From assembly GCF_009914755.1 (NCBI RefSeq), contig NC_060935.1: a stretch of DNA of 64,000 bases; one strand, written 5' to 3'. The first letter of the stretch is position 1; every line of letters begins with the position of its first letter. Both the position numbers and the translations under genes were made by a program. Origin of the DNA: the human T2T-CHM13v2.0 reference genome, Homo sapiens. Under the pieces are notes generated by a model. It searched no databases. It was not told the DNA's origin and worked only from the letters and a program-made list of their open reading frames with translations. Of this stretch, positions 13,361 through 25,899 are shown piece by piece.

Positions 13361-13654
13361 TTGTTTGTTTTTTCTCTTTTTTGATACGGGGTCTCACTCT
13401 GTCACCCAGTGGCACAATCATGGCTCACTATAGCCTTGACCTCCTGTAAGTGATTCTCCCACCTCAGCCTCCTAGGTAGCTGGGACTACAGGTACACGCC
13501 ACCACACCTGGCTAAGTTTTTGTATTATTATTATTTGTAGAGACGGGTTTTGTTGTGTTGTCCTGGCTGGTCTTCAACTCCTGGGTTTGAGTAATCCTCC
13601 TTCCTTGGCCTCCCAAAGTGCTGGGATTACAGGCACGAGCCACCACCCCTGGCC
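13361..13654 (-). mobile_element. AluJ
   Basis: atcatggctcactatagccttgacctcc J-type diagnostic; TSD ttccatatgctctt / ttcctaatgctctt. Confidence 0.92.
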
Positions 13655-13887
13655 TTCCTAATGCTCTTGACCTTGCCATTGCTTAACTACTCTACTCCTA
13701 AAATCATAAATTCAGACTAACCTCCAGGTAGAATCTTTCAGCCCAAAGTTTTTGCACACTCTCACTCCACTCATCAACTCGCTGCAGCCAGATTTCTACG
13801 TTCATTCTACTTGTACTGTTCTTAACGTAGTCACCGATGCTCTGCTGACTGTCAGATTTACCCTTCATCCTGCTTTCAAAATGACAT

Positions 13888-14414
13888 TGTTGGATATAAA
13901 ATGCTCCAGGAATAAATGCTTGGTGCCGTGAAGTAAAACCAGCACTCAGGCAAAAGTTTAATTCTCTCAGCAAGGCAATGTATTTCTGCAGAAGGGTGCC
14001 ACTCGCATCAGTCAAGATTGCAAGAGCACAGAGAACAAAGGACACCAGGGGGTTTTTATATCCTGGACGCAGTCCTTATCTCTTTGTCCCTCCCTATGGG
14101 CTGGGGATGGACTGCACAATCTGAACTGACCCAACTGGCTACTTGTACATATTTTCCTAAATGTACTGGGGGAGGGGGATGTGAGGTACAGAGGTGGAGT
14201 GTGTGAGATGTGCAATTTCGGGGGAACAATGGGTACAGGTAGCCGAGGGAACAGATGTGAGTTATTGATTAGAGCTGACGGGAAGCAGGGTAGGCTGTTT
14301 ACAGCAACTAGGGGCAAGGAAGAATAAGAAAGTTGAGTTTGAGAACAAAGGATAAGGAAGTTAACAGGCTAAATCCTTTGAAGAGAAACTCAGAAAGATT
14401 TATTTTGTCTTACA
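13888..14414 (-). mobile_element. ERV1 solo LTR, LTR10 family-like (HERV-I/HERVIP10); subfamily uncertain
   Basis: tgttgg…cttaca ends; agcactcaggcaaaagttt…cagcaaggcaat…ttctgcagaagggtgc is the LTR10-type R/U5; flanks acat/atgt are consistent with a CpG-decayed ACGT TSD. Confidence 0.8.
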
Positions 14415-15829
14415 ATGTGTTAAAACTGCATGAGTTATCATGTCATTTCCTAGCTTAAAAACTTAAATAATTGTATATTAGTTTATGCATTCATTCAGAG
14501 GCATAGAACAGTGAACTAAGCAGTCAAGAAAACACTGCTCTCAAATGCACATATCTCATTTGTGTTTTTTAAGAAAGAAAGAAAAACATTTTTAAAAATC
14601 TCCCTCCCAACTCCAAAAAAAAAAAAAAAGCTACCCTGATCAGTTTGTAGTTTCATGCAGAGCATATATCCCCATTGTCCTCAGGATGAAGTTTACACTC
14701 TAAAGACATTCAAGGTCTGCCTGGATCTGACCTTCCTTATGCCACAGCTAAGTTCTGGTTCCTAACACCAGCTTCCAATTCTGTGAAGTCACATTCATGG
14801 GTGGGGCTTCTTCATGCCCTGTGTCTTTTCTATGGTAATTATTTTTCCAGGTATTCTTTTCTTTTCCATTTCTTACCTTCTCCTTTATCCATCTTTTATG
14901 ACATCTTGTGTCACGACCTTTTCTAGATAGGATTACTTATCACCTTCTTGTGACAGTTCCATGCATATTTCGTACATGTCAGGGTCCTTTATTTTTACCT
15001 CTGTCTCTTCTTATTAACGGTGAAAGGCATGGCCAAGCCTGCCTAATCTCTGTAACCTCATCACCCAGCATAGCTCCTGGGCAGCTGAGCTCCTAAGAGC
15101 AGGTGAATATCTAAGGGCTTGTGTAGGACTCAGGTAAACACTCTCACCCTCAGAAACTCATAGTGAAAACACCTACCTGGCTCTGTCCTACCCCACCCAA
15201 AACAGTAGAGTAGTATTTGGAAAGACCAGTGGAAATTTCCAGTGGGACTTTTTCCCTGATGGTACCACTTTGTTGAAGGTCTTTATGTTGAAGCAGGTGC
15301 TCCAGGGTCACAGGTGTGTGAGGAAGAAGAAGCTGTCATTGATTGAACTCTGGCCCATTTTTTTACTCCAGGTTTTTCCCCCAGTAAAACTTTTTAGATC
15401 AGCATTTGATAATAAATACCCCCCAATTCCTTTGCTACCCTCTACCCTTCTCTCTCTCTCTGTCTGCCTCTCGTGTATGTGTGTGTTTGTGTATCCTAAA
15501 ATTCTAAAATTTGTTTGTAACTCTCAGGCATGTCTCTGAGTTAGACATCAACATATATCTAAAAGGAGTGATCTCAGCATTTTTTAACCTTCAGAAAATT
15601 ATTATTATTATTATATTTGTGTATTTTAATTGTATTTTTCCAAAAACTCGTTTCCTTTACCTAATGTAGGACGACCAATTCATCTTTGTTATCAGCCTTT
15701 TATTTATTCAAGTCTCTTTTATTTTGCTACTCCTAAAGAAGGTTTCCACTCAAAAGGCATAAATTCTGAGTTTTTTTAAACTTAGGAGTTTTAATTTCTT
15801 TCACAATTTATTGGAAAAAGACACTGAAC

Positions 15830-15830
<1 letters not shown>

Positions 15831-15885
<55 letters not shown>

Positions 15886-15888
15886 CAC
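15831..15888 (+). repeat. Interrupted (AC)n microsatellite, (AC)19AA(AC)9
   Basis: Direct reading. Confidence 0.97.
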
Positions 15889-16229
15889 GGATCAGCTGTC
15901 ATCCCATGGCATAGTCCAAGGAATAGCAGCTGGGCTCAGGCAGGGAAAAGGAAAAGTCAGTTTGCCTGAGCAGGAGGCAGCAGCCCTGGGGTTGTCAGCA
16001 GGGAGCAGCAGTCCATGGAGGAAGAGAATGCCTCTCTCATCTCATCTTGTGAAGGGACAGTCAAGGGGCATTGGCTGGCTCGGTGGATGAGTCAGGGTAA
16101 TCACTGACGGGTGGCAACACCAACTTGAGGAGACGCTGGCTTTCGCTTAGGTCCCCAAGGCTGGCTAGCAAAGCCCAGTAACCTGTCAAGAATGGCTTCC
16201 TTTGAACCAAAAAAATGAGAGGCAGCAGC

Positions 16230-16410
16230 TTGAGACATGTATTGAGGCATAAGACGTGGTGCAAGGTATATTATGTGCACCAGCTCACTGGATCTTCACA
16301 ACAACCCTGTGTTCCTCAGATGTGGAAACCCAAGTTCAGAAATCTTAGGGAACTTTCCCACAGTAACACTAATAGGTAGAAAATCTGGCATTTGAACTAT
16401 TTGTCACATT
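16230..16410 (-). mobile_element. MIR
   Basis: atcttcacaacaaccctg…cagatgtggaaacccaagttcaga…ctggcatttgaac. Confidence 0.65.
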
Positions 16411-16509
16411 TTTTTCTTTCCAGCTATGTGACATTCAGCTACTCAGGGGCATGCCTGTTTTCTTGTCCTCTGAGTGAAAAGAAATACAGGCCTGGGATTG
16501 GTACCCTTT

Positions 16510-17135
<626 letters not shown>

Positions 17136-17144
17136 CTCAAATTT

Positions 17145-17322
17145 ATGGTGGAACCACAATATGGAAAACAGCTTAGCGGTTTCTCAAAAGCCTAAACATG
17201 GAATTACCATATGATCCAACAATTCCATTTGTAGACATATACTCCAAGGAACTGAAAGCAGACACTTGAGGAGATACTTGTACACCAATGTTGCAGCATT
17301 ATTCACAACAGCCAAAAGGTGG
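17145..17322 (+). mobile_element. L1M fragment inverted relative to the adjacent L1MB
   Basis: atggaaaacagcttagcggtttctcaaaag…gaattaccatatgatccaacaattcc…gcagcattattcacaacagccaaaaggtgg. Confidence 0.8.
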
Positions 17323-17464
17323 CTTGTTCTAATCCCAACCACATATAGAGGGCCCAAGACTCTGCTATACCATAGCAGCTTTGCTTAATTCTATTTTATA
17401 TATTGTTCTTCCAAGTTAGGTATTATTCCAGATAGAGACAGTATAGCAAAGTACAATGTTTCTT

Positions 17465-18489
17465 TCTTTCTTTCTTTCTTTTTTTTAATTATACTTTAAG
17501 TTTTAGAGTACATGTGCACAACGTGCAGGCTAGTTACATATGTATACATGTGCCATGTTGGTGTGCTGCACCCAGTAACTTGTTATTTAACATTAGGTAT
17601 ATCTCCAAATGCTATCCCTCCCCACTCCCCCAACCCCACAGCAGGCCCCAGTGTGCGATGTTCCCCTTCCTGTGTCCATGTGTTCTCATTGTTCGATTCC
17701 CACCTATGAGTGAGAATATGCGGTGTTTGGATTTTGTCCTTGTGATAGTTTGCTGAGAATGATGGTTTCCAGCTTCATCCATGTCCCTACAAAGGACATG
17801 AACTCGTCATTTTTTATGGCTGCATAGTATTCCATGGTGTATATGTGCCACATTTTCTTAATCCAGTCTATCATTGTTGGACATAAGGGTTGGTTCCAGG
17901 TCTTTGCTATTGTGAATAGTACCGCAATAAACATATGTGTGCATGTGTCTTTATAGCAGCATGATTTATAATCCTTTGGGTATATACCCAGTAATGGGAT
18001 GGCTGGGTCAAATGGTATTTCTAATTCTAGATCCCTGAGGAAATGCCACACTGACTTCCACAATGGTTGAACTAGTTTACAGTCCCAACAACAGTGTAAA
18101 AGTGTTCCTATTTCTCCACATCCTCTCCAGCACCTGTTGTTTCCTGACTTTTTAATGATCGCCATTCTAACTGGTGTGAGATGGTATCTCATTGTGGTTT
18201 TGATTTGCATTTCTCTGATGGCCAGTGATGATGAGCATTTTTTCATGTGTCTTTTGGCTGCATAAATGTCTTCTTTTGAGAAGTGTCTGTTCATATCCTT
18301 CGCCCACTTTTTGATGGGGTTGTTTGTTTTTTTCTTGTAAGTTTGTTTGAGTTCATTGTAGATTCTGGATATTAGCCCTTTGTCAGATGAGTAGATTGCA
18401 ACAATTTTCTCCCATTCTGTAGGTTGCCTGTTCACTCTGATGGTAGTTTATTTTGCTGTGCAGAAGCTCTTTAGTTTAATTAGATCCCA
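17465..18489 (-). mobile_element. 5'-truncated L1PA (about L1PA3-5), about 1 kb: ORF2 C-terminus, 3' UTR and tail
   Basis: ORF 17704-18435 is the L1 ORF2p C-terminus (…[15 protein letters not shown]…[12 protein letters not shown]…) with a terminal frameshift; typical L1PA 3' UTR. Confidence 0.97.
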
Positions 18490-18491
18490 CG

Positions 18492-19033
<542 letters not shown>

Positions 19034-19283
19034 GTGTAGAGGTTAGAAGCACCACATTAGGAGCCAGGTCTGCCTGGATTTTTGTTTGGCTCTGCCCCTT
19101 ACCTGCTGTATGACCTTAGACTAGTTGCTTAGTCTCCATGTCTCAATTTCTTTATCTGTAGACTTGGGATGCTAAAAAACAATACCTACTTCAAAGGGTT
19201 ATTATGAGGATTAAATGAGTTAATAATATAGGACAGCACCTGGCACTTGCAAAATGTTATACAAATGTTACCTGTTGTTATTT
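19034..19283 (+). mobile_element. MIR; its first ~20 bp are displaced to about 17435-17454
   Basis: gtagaggttagaagc…gctctgccccttacctgctgtatgacctt…gaggattaaatgagttaat. Confidence 0.85.
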
Positions 19284-20089
19284 TTAACAGAGTTCTTTCA
19301 CTTAAAAAATGACTTAAAATCCACTGGACATTATAGGCACCAGATTCTCTCCTACTTCCCACCTTTTGCATGGTGTTTTCCGTTCCACCTTTGGGTTGTG
19401 TTTTCAGTGATAATATGAATAATTATTATGCATTTAAAATTGTTTTCTCTTCTTTCCCCATCCATTCATTTTTGTCTCAACAATCACATTGCATAGGAGT
19501 CTGGACTTAGTGATTTTTTAAGAACCAGCTTCAGTAGTTTATGGTTTTCATAATAAGGTCATAGATATAGTCACATATATAAGAATTTGGAATTGGGAAT
19601 AAGGTTGATTTCAGTTAAAGAAGCTTATTTCATCTAAGGACTCTCTACATGGCGAAATACATGAAAAAGTAACGTAACTAGTCTTCTTGAGTACATTTAG
19701 CTGATCATCATTCATCATACAGGTGGTAGAGGACAAAATGTTTTTAATGAACCGAGGTTGTGTTCATTAACTACCTGCTCATAGGTCCACAGGCCCTTGT
19801 TTGTTTGTGTAATTCAGTCTGGTGTTTAATCATTGGTTAATTTGATCCTGTAGTGAATCAGATCTAAACCTCTGGCACCAAATCATTTATTTTTAAAGGC
19901 CTAAAGCCTGTTCACTCTATTTTGACTGCTTGAGGGGAGGGGTGAATGAATAATTTGACCAAGTAACTGTGGGAAATTGCTATCGAATTAACCAAGAAAT
20001 GTGAATACTTTTAAAGGGGAAGCTAAGTTTGCCTTGTAGAGAGGCACAACAGAGTAGATGCCAGGGGCTAAAATTCCCCAGAGGTCACC

Positions 20090-20245
20090 TTCCTGCTAGT
20101 TAATCTCTTGAGCCTCCATAAGGTAAAAATGTTAATAATACCTACCTGTGTGGTACTTGTAAAGGTGAAATGAATTGATACATGCAAAATGCTTAAAACT
20201 ATGCTTGGCATAAAGTGGTGGTTAATAAATGGTACCTATTATTAT
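20090..20245 (+). mobile_element. MIR 3' half
   Basis: aataatacctacct…aaatgaattgatacatgcaaaatgcttaaaac…aataaatgg. Confidence 0.7.
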
Positions 20246-21384
20246 ATAAAAAGGTACAATCAGAGATAAAGAGGATATAGACAGCTTTGCTGGTAGTATT
20301 GCACTCTTACATCTTGTTTACTCTTGACTGAATTTTCTTTATCTTTGCAAAACAAGAGTAGCTAGCTAATGGAATCAGAGAGATAGGAAAGACCATCAAT
20401 GTTTTATGAAGGCATCTTTCTTGCATTTTCAAGACTCAAAACAATTATTATTTTCTGGGGGATTCCTTCCCCAGTCTCTTTCAACGGAATTAGCCTCTTC
20501 TTTCTCTTGTAGAAATTTTATTGTTTTTACAAAGTTCATGTTCTTGTGACTGCCTCTCTGCTGGATTGATACAGCTTCTGTGAAGGCAGAGACCACATCC
20601 CACTGACATTTGGAAACTTTACGGCCTATAGCATTTGGTAGCCTCTCAATATTTTTTGAATTTCCTTTTCCAATTTCAGGGAATCCAAAAGACGATAGTA
20701 GCTTTTACATTTCTAGGGTGTTCTTTGATAAGCCCAATGGACTGAAAAGTCTTAAGTCCATTGGACCTTTTTGGAAGCACTCACTGGGTTTGTTGGTACC
20801 ATCAGTTGAAGCAGAGTTCACACCCTGACAGATTGAGGTAGGCTGAGGCACATCCTAAGGCCAAGACTGAATTGATCACCCTTCACTCAATGTGTTTCTT
20901 TCCGTGTGGACATTTAACATCAGTTTTATGGACACCCTCAAAAGTCAGAAATACCAGGTTGGGAAGAAAGTCATGGGGTGTTGTCTTATGATGCCTTTCC
21001 AGTGCCAGCTAGAAATTCGTATGCTGTGATTCCCAGGGGCACAAAAAGATATGTTACTTTATGACAGTGTTTGATTCTGAAATTGAGCCTAGCAAGGGGA
21101 AATAAAAATGACTTAGCATGAATTCCCAAATATTTAACATAGCTACATGTGGAAAATACTTGAAAAATGTCAGCAATCCAACACTCTAATTTGTATTTCA
21201 TGGTGTATGTAACCTTGTTGAAGAAGACTTCTTTACCATACATGGGATGACCAAAATGTCGTTTGAATTTTTAATCTGAAAATATTTGATCTGGTAATCA
21301 ACACATCTGCTTGACGCATATGTTAGAAGATGATGTTAAAATTCATTTCACTGGGCACCTGAGAAATGTAAAGTGTTATGTTAT

Positions 21385-21724
21385 CATTATTAGTCAGCTC
21401 AAGCTGCCATAACAAAATACCATAGACTAGATGGCTTGCACAACAAATGTTATTTTCTCACATCTCTGGAGGCTGATAGTCTGGGCGCCAGCATGGTCAG
21501 GGTCTCATGAATGCTCTCTCTGACTTGCCTTTTCCTTGTGTCTTCAGAAAGAGAGCACTATATGTCTGTTCTTATAAGGGCACTAATCCCATTGTGAAGG
21601 CCTCACCCTCATGACCTCATCTAATCCTAATTATCTCCTAAGGGCACCATCTCTAAATACCAACATATTGTGAGGTAGGGCTTCCACATATGAATTTGGG
21701 GGGGACACAGTTCAGTTCATAGCA
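21385..21724 (-). mobile_element. MLT1A0-like MaLR solo LTR
   Basis: gctgccataacaaaataccatagact…cttataagggcactaatccc…ttcatagca; 5-bp TSD gttat on both sides. Confidence 0.88.
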
Positions 21725-21755
21725 GTTATCTAGGCATCTCCCTAGATTGTCTTAC

Positions 21756-22402
21756 TGAAGCAGCATCATTGTCTGGGGTAAATACCCAAGGTTTGTTGCC
21801 TCATGCCAAGGAAATCAAGGACACAGACACACGTGGAGTGGGGTTAAGAGTGGAGGTTTAATAGGCAAAAGAAAGAGAAAAGAGAAATAGCTCTCTCTCC
21901 TGCAGAGAGAGAGAGGGCCACCAAAGTGGGAATTTCTGCCCAAGGCAAAGTGCACAGTGTTTTATAGACAGGCTTGATGAGACAGTGTCTGATTTACATA
22001 GGGCCAAAAGACTGGTTGAACCAGATGTGGTGTTTACGTCACACTCAAGGAAGCTGGCCACCCCACCTTAATCTTTTATTATGCAAATAGGGTCTCTACC
22101 TGGCCATTGCCATGTTGCCTGCTCCCTACTGTGAATGTGGTTGACAAAGAAAGGAGAAGATGGAGCCACCATGTTGGACATGCCTAGGGCCCGGATAGCC
22201 TTTTCCTATTGGCACAGCTGCCAGCATTTGCCCGTGCAAGCTTCCAGCTTGCTTATCTGTGTCTGCAGCTCGATTTTATGGGTTGCTCTTTGTTAGAAAA
22301 GAAATTGATTTTGGTGCTGCTTTTCACTAAAAGGAAAATCTTACCAAGGACTTCCTTACCCTCACTATCTGCCTAAATAATTTCTTCCTAACTCCTATAT
22401 CA
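21756..22402 (-). mobile_element. LTR9-family (ERV1) solo LTR
   Basis: Minus-strand start tgatataggagttaggaagaaattatttaggcagatagtgaggg; perfect 4-bp TSD ttac at 21752-21755 and 22403-22406. Confidence 0.88.
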
Positions 22403-22406
22403 TTAC

Positions 22407-22646
22407 CTCTCCCCTCCCCTCCCCTCCCCAACCTTCCCCTTCCCTCCTCTCCCCTTCCCTCCCTTCCCCTCTCCTCCCCTCCCTTCCCCTCTCCTCCCCT
22501 CCCCTCCCCTCTCCTCTCTCCTCTCCTCTCCTCTTTATTCTTCCCCTTCCCTCCCTCCCTCATTCCCTCCCTCCCTCCCTTCTTTCCTCCCTCCCTCTCT
22601 TTCTTCCTTTCATCTTTCTTCTTTCTCTCTGTTTCTCTCTCCTCTT
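22407..22646 (+). repeat. About 240-bp polypyrimidine low-complexity tract: (CCCCT)n/(CCTCT)n/(CCCT)n/(CTTT)n
   Basis: Almost purine-free on the + strand. Confidence 0.95.
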
Positions 22647-22834
22647 GGCTCACTAATGCTCCTTGTGATAACATGCCTTAAGGCACAGACCTCCATGGAT
22701 TAAATCTGATAGATAGCTATGTTTTGCTTGGTTCAAAATGTTTGGAGAAAAATATGAAGCCAATATTTAAAAAATAATGCTAAGATTTTCACCTTCTCTA
22801 AAAAGATCAGAGACCTAGCCCACAATTCCTGAGA

Positions 22835-23075
22835 GGCAATACAGACTGTGGAGTTGTGCTGCCTGAACTCCTCTCCTGGCAGTCCAGGTCTGCTTCCTAG
22901 CTATGTGACCTTAGACAATTTACTGCATGTTTCTATGCCTCTATTTCCTCATCTGTAACATGAGGATGATTCTAATATGCACCTCATAGAGTGTGAATAT
23001 TAAATGAGTTAATCCATTTAAAGCACTTAAAACTTCCTGGTGCATAGAAAATACTATATAAGCACTGTTTCTTAT
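22835..23075 (+). mobile_element. MIR
   Basis: ctagctatgtgaccttagacaa…tttcctcatctgtaa…attaaatgagttaat…aagcacttaaaac. Confidence 0.8.
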
Positions 23076-23629
23076 CACACCTTCCTGGTACTATTTCACT
23101 AGAGCTACAGTTTTCTACAGTCCACACTCTTCCTATTGTTTTTCTGCCACTGGGGTTAAGTGTCACTTTTTATTACCATTGGCCTTGCATCGTGTTTTTT
23201 CTCTTATAAAAGAGATCCATTCCATTGTTCTTGGAGTAGGAAAATGAGAAAGAGGAAAAGAAAGAGAGAGAGAGAGATAGCTGGCTTTCTGTGTTAAGAA
23301 AAATAAGAAAGACTTGATTTCTTTGTGGAAAGGACATGGTTTGCATATATATTTTTTTACCTGACTTCTGTAGGTATTTGATTTATATTCCTAGGTTCTA
23401 TAGGCATTTGTTTTTCCCCCCTTGCTTTAGGGAGGACGCTATAATTATAGAAAAACATGGAACATTGAGTAAAGCACTAATTTCAGAATTAGAAGACTTT
23501 GATTCTATTCCCAGTGCAATGATTATCTGTGTTCCTTTGGGCAAGTTGGAAATTTTCTCTGGGTCTTTACTTTCTCATCTGAAAAAGGGAAGAATAATTT
23601 ACATCTTGTGTGCCTCGATGTTTTTATTG

Positions 23630-23920
23630 TTTTTAATTTTAAAAGTATTTTTAGAGCAGTTCTACGCTCATAGCAAAACTGAAAGCACAGAGATTGCCCA
23701 TATACCTCCTGCTGTTATCCGTTATCAATATCCCTCACCTGAGTGGAACATTTGTTACAATTGATGGACCTTCACTGACATGTTATAATTACACAAAGTC
23801 CGTAATATACATTTAGGGTTCACTCGTGGTGTTGTATATTTTTTGGGTTTGGACAAATATATAATAACCTGAATCCACCATTACAGTATCATAAAGAGTA
23901 TTTTCACTGCCCTAAAACCT
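23630..23920 (-). mobile_element. L1MC/L1MD-type 3' end, inside a MIR
   Basis: ttttagagcagtt…gagtggaacatttgttacaattgatggacc…agggttcactcgtggtgttgta…ttttcactgccctaaaa. Confidence 0.75.
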
Positions 23921-24439
23921 CACTGGATTTTTATAAGTTCAAATCAGAGATAATAGGCCCAATTAAAAAAAAATCAGTATGACACAAAGGGAAAGTAGTG
24001 ATTGTTCTAATATACCAACCAGTTAGCCAACACCACTGTGTTTTTATAGCTCATGATCTCTGCAAAGTCAGTAGGTTCAAGTCTGATAAAATTGCTCTGC
24101 AAGTTATCTTACCAGTCCATGAAGAACTTGCCAAGAGCTATGCTTTTGTGTGGATATCTGCTTGTTCACCCTAGTTGCTCTTAGTTTTCAGGGGAGATGT
24201 CAACGCAGTTGACACAGCTATCAAGAAATAGTGTGGGGGCTCGGGTCATCTAGATAGTATTTTCCTGGACCTGTATCTTGGGAAAGGCATCTGGAACATC
24301 TGCAAGCTCCTCTTGCAAAAAGAGGGGGTGGCCCAAGAGAAGCTGCTCCAGAAGCAGGCTTGTATGATGTGGACAAAATACCTGAATGTGTCAAGAACTT
24401 TAGAAGTGATGGTTGGCTAAAGGGTTTCTGGTCCAACTC

Positions 24440-24720
24440 CCTGAATGTATACGTGGGAAAAACCAAGGTCTTGAGAAGAAAAGTGACTTGCCCAGTGCCA
24501 CAGTTAGCTAAATGAAAAAGCAAGAATAGAACTTGACTCTTAACTGTCAATCCAGTGTTCTTTGTCCAACAGTTAGTGTGGAACAACTATCCTCTTTGGA
24601 GTCATAAGAACCTTGGTTGAAATTTTAGGCACTCTACACGTAGTATCCGATGTCAATCCCTGGGATGGTTAGGAGCAATGAGATGAGAGGCACACAGTGC
24701 TTGACCAAAAACATGTTCTC
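24440..24720. mobile_element. Two MIR fragments: minus at about 24440-24575, plus at about 24590-24720
   Basis: aagtgacttgcccagtgccacagttagct; tttggagtcataagaaccttggttgaaatttt. Confidence 0.55.
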
Positions 24721-25634
24721 AAGAGCTGTTGATCTTCTTTCCTTTTTAAATGTACACAGGGAGTGGGGAATGCCTTTTCCCCTCCTAAGTATATCCCTCC
24801 CTGGGTTCTTTTTCTAGTAAATGTTTATGGAAGAAGTCTGAGTAGATCATATCATTTTATTAAGAGAATTCTTTGCATCGCTTCTATCGGTTACCCAGGC
24901 CCTGCCTTCTAATTTAATGATGATGATGCCAAATTTGAGTCTGTGTTTGTTCTGAACTCTTATGCAGATGGAACCTGGTGATACATGAAGAATCATTATG
25001 CCACATCAAGTTTCATTTTACAGTCCATAAGTACACCTTTTAAAACAAAAACAAACTATTTCACCATCCTGGGGAGGGATGTAAATCATGTATTTTTATT
25101 ACCTCAAAAGACCACCAGAAAATGAGCTCTAATATTTCAAAAGCGACAAGCAATTTATATGAAAGAATTGCAATTTAAGCCCCATTATACTCAAGATGAT
25201 ATATGCTGCAATGGGGTTTATAGATGTTTCTCTAACAATAGTTAATAATAAAAACCTTAGGACTCTTTGTTACTCTTTTCTAATTCCATAGTCTCAAGCG
25301 TTATGAGTAGACGCTGTGTCAGTCTGTGAGTTCCAGCTGGGAGCAAAATGCTTCTGTCTGTTTTGGGGCCTTGGGTCACTGGAGCCTAAAGTGTGAAAGT
25401 ATAAGGATTTGATTTAAAAGAGCCAAGGAAGCAGTGATGCACGGAGCAGAATTGCCATTTTAACAGAGAATGTAATGCCAGAACAAATTCATGAATGGCC
25501 TTGCACACGGATATAGAATTTGGAGATCTATTTGTTTCCATACACATCATGATGCATCTAACATAATCACAGTCATAAACATCAGCTACAGCGAACATAA
25601 TCATAGCATCAAAATGTTATTGAGTGCTAAAACT

Positions 25635-25860
25635 GGCACAGTGAGAACAATGACAACTTTGTGGTCATATTGTTTGGATCCAGACCCAGGTTTCTATGCT
25701 TACTGATTTTGTACTTGGGCAAGTGAAGTCACCTGATAACCTCCGAGCCTCAGTTTCGTGGCATGGAGATACCTACCACGAGGAGTCAAGATAAATGGAA
25801 GGATGAGATGCTCCATATAAAGTATCTAGCATAGTGTCTGATACCTAAAAAACAGCATCT
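25635..25860 (+). mobile_element. MIR
   Basis: ccagacccaggtt…cttgggcaagt…aacctccgagcctcagtttc…tctagcatagtgtctgatac. Confidence 0.7.
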
Positions 25861-25899
25861 ATTTTTTGGGTATTTACCAATTGCCAGGGGCTGTTCCTA

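Larger units (their letters stand above)
12770..15110 (+). mobile_element. Fragmented L2 (ORF2 remnants to 3' end), interrupted by AluJ and the LTR10-like LTR
   Basis: Pyrimidine-rich L2-like pieces: accatcattctagg, cttgaccttgccatt, cccattgtcctcaggatgaag, cacccagcatagctcctgg. Confidence 0.5.

Noticed and set aside
17704-18435. 243-aa ORF as a gene
   Set aside because: It is the C-terminus of L1 ORF2p in a 5'-truncated L1PA, with no promoter, a non-ATG start and a terminal frameshift.
22327-22674. 115-aa G/E/R-rich ORF
   Set aside because: Translation of the low-complexity purine strand.
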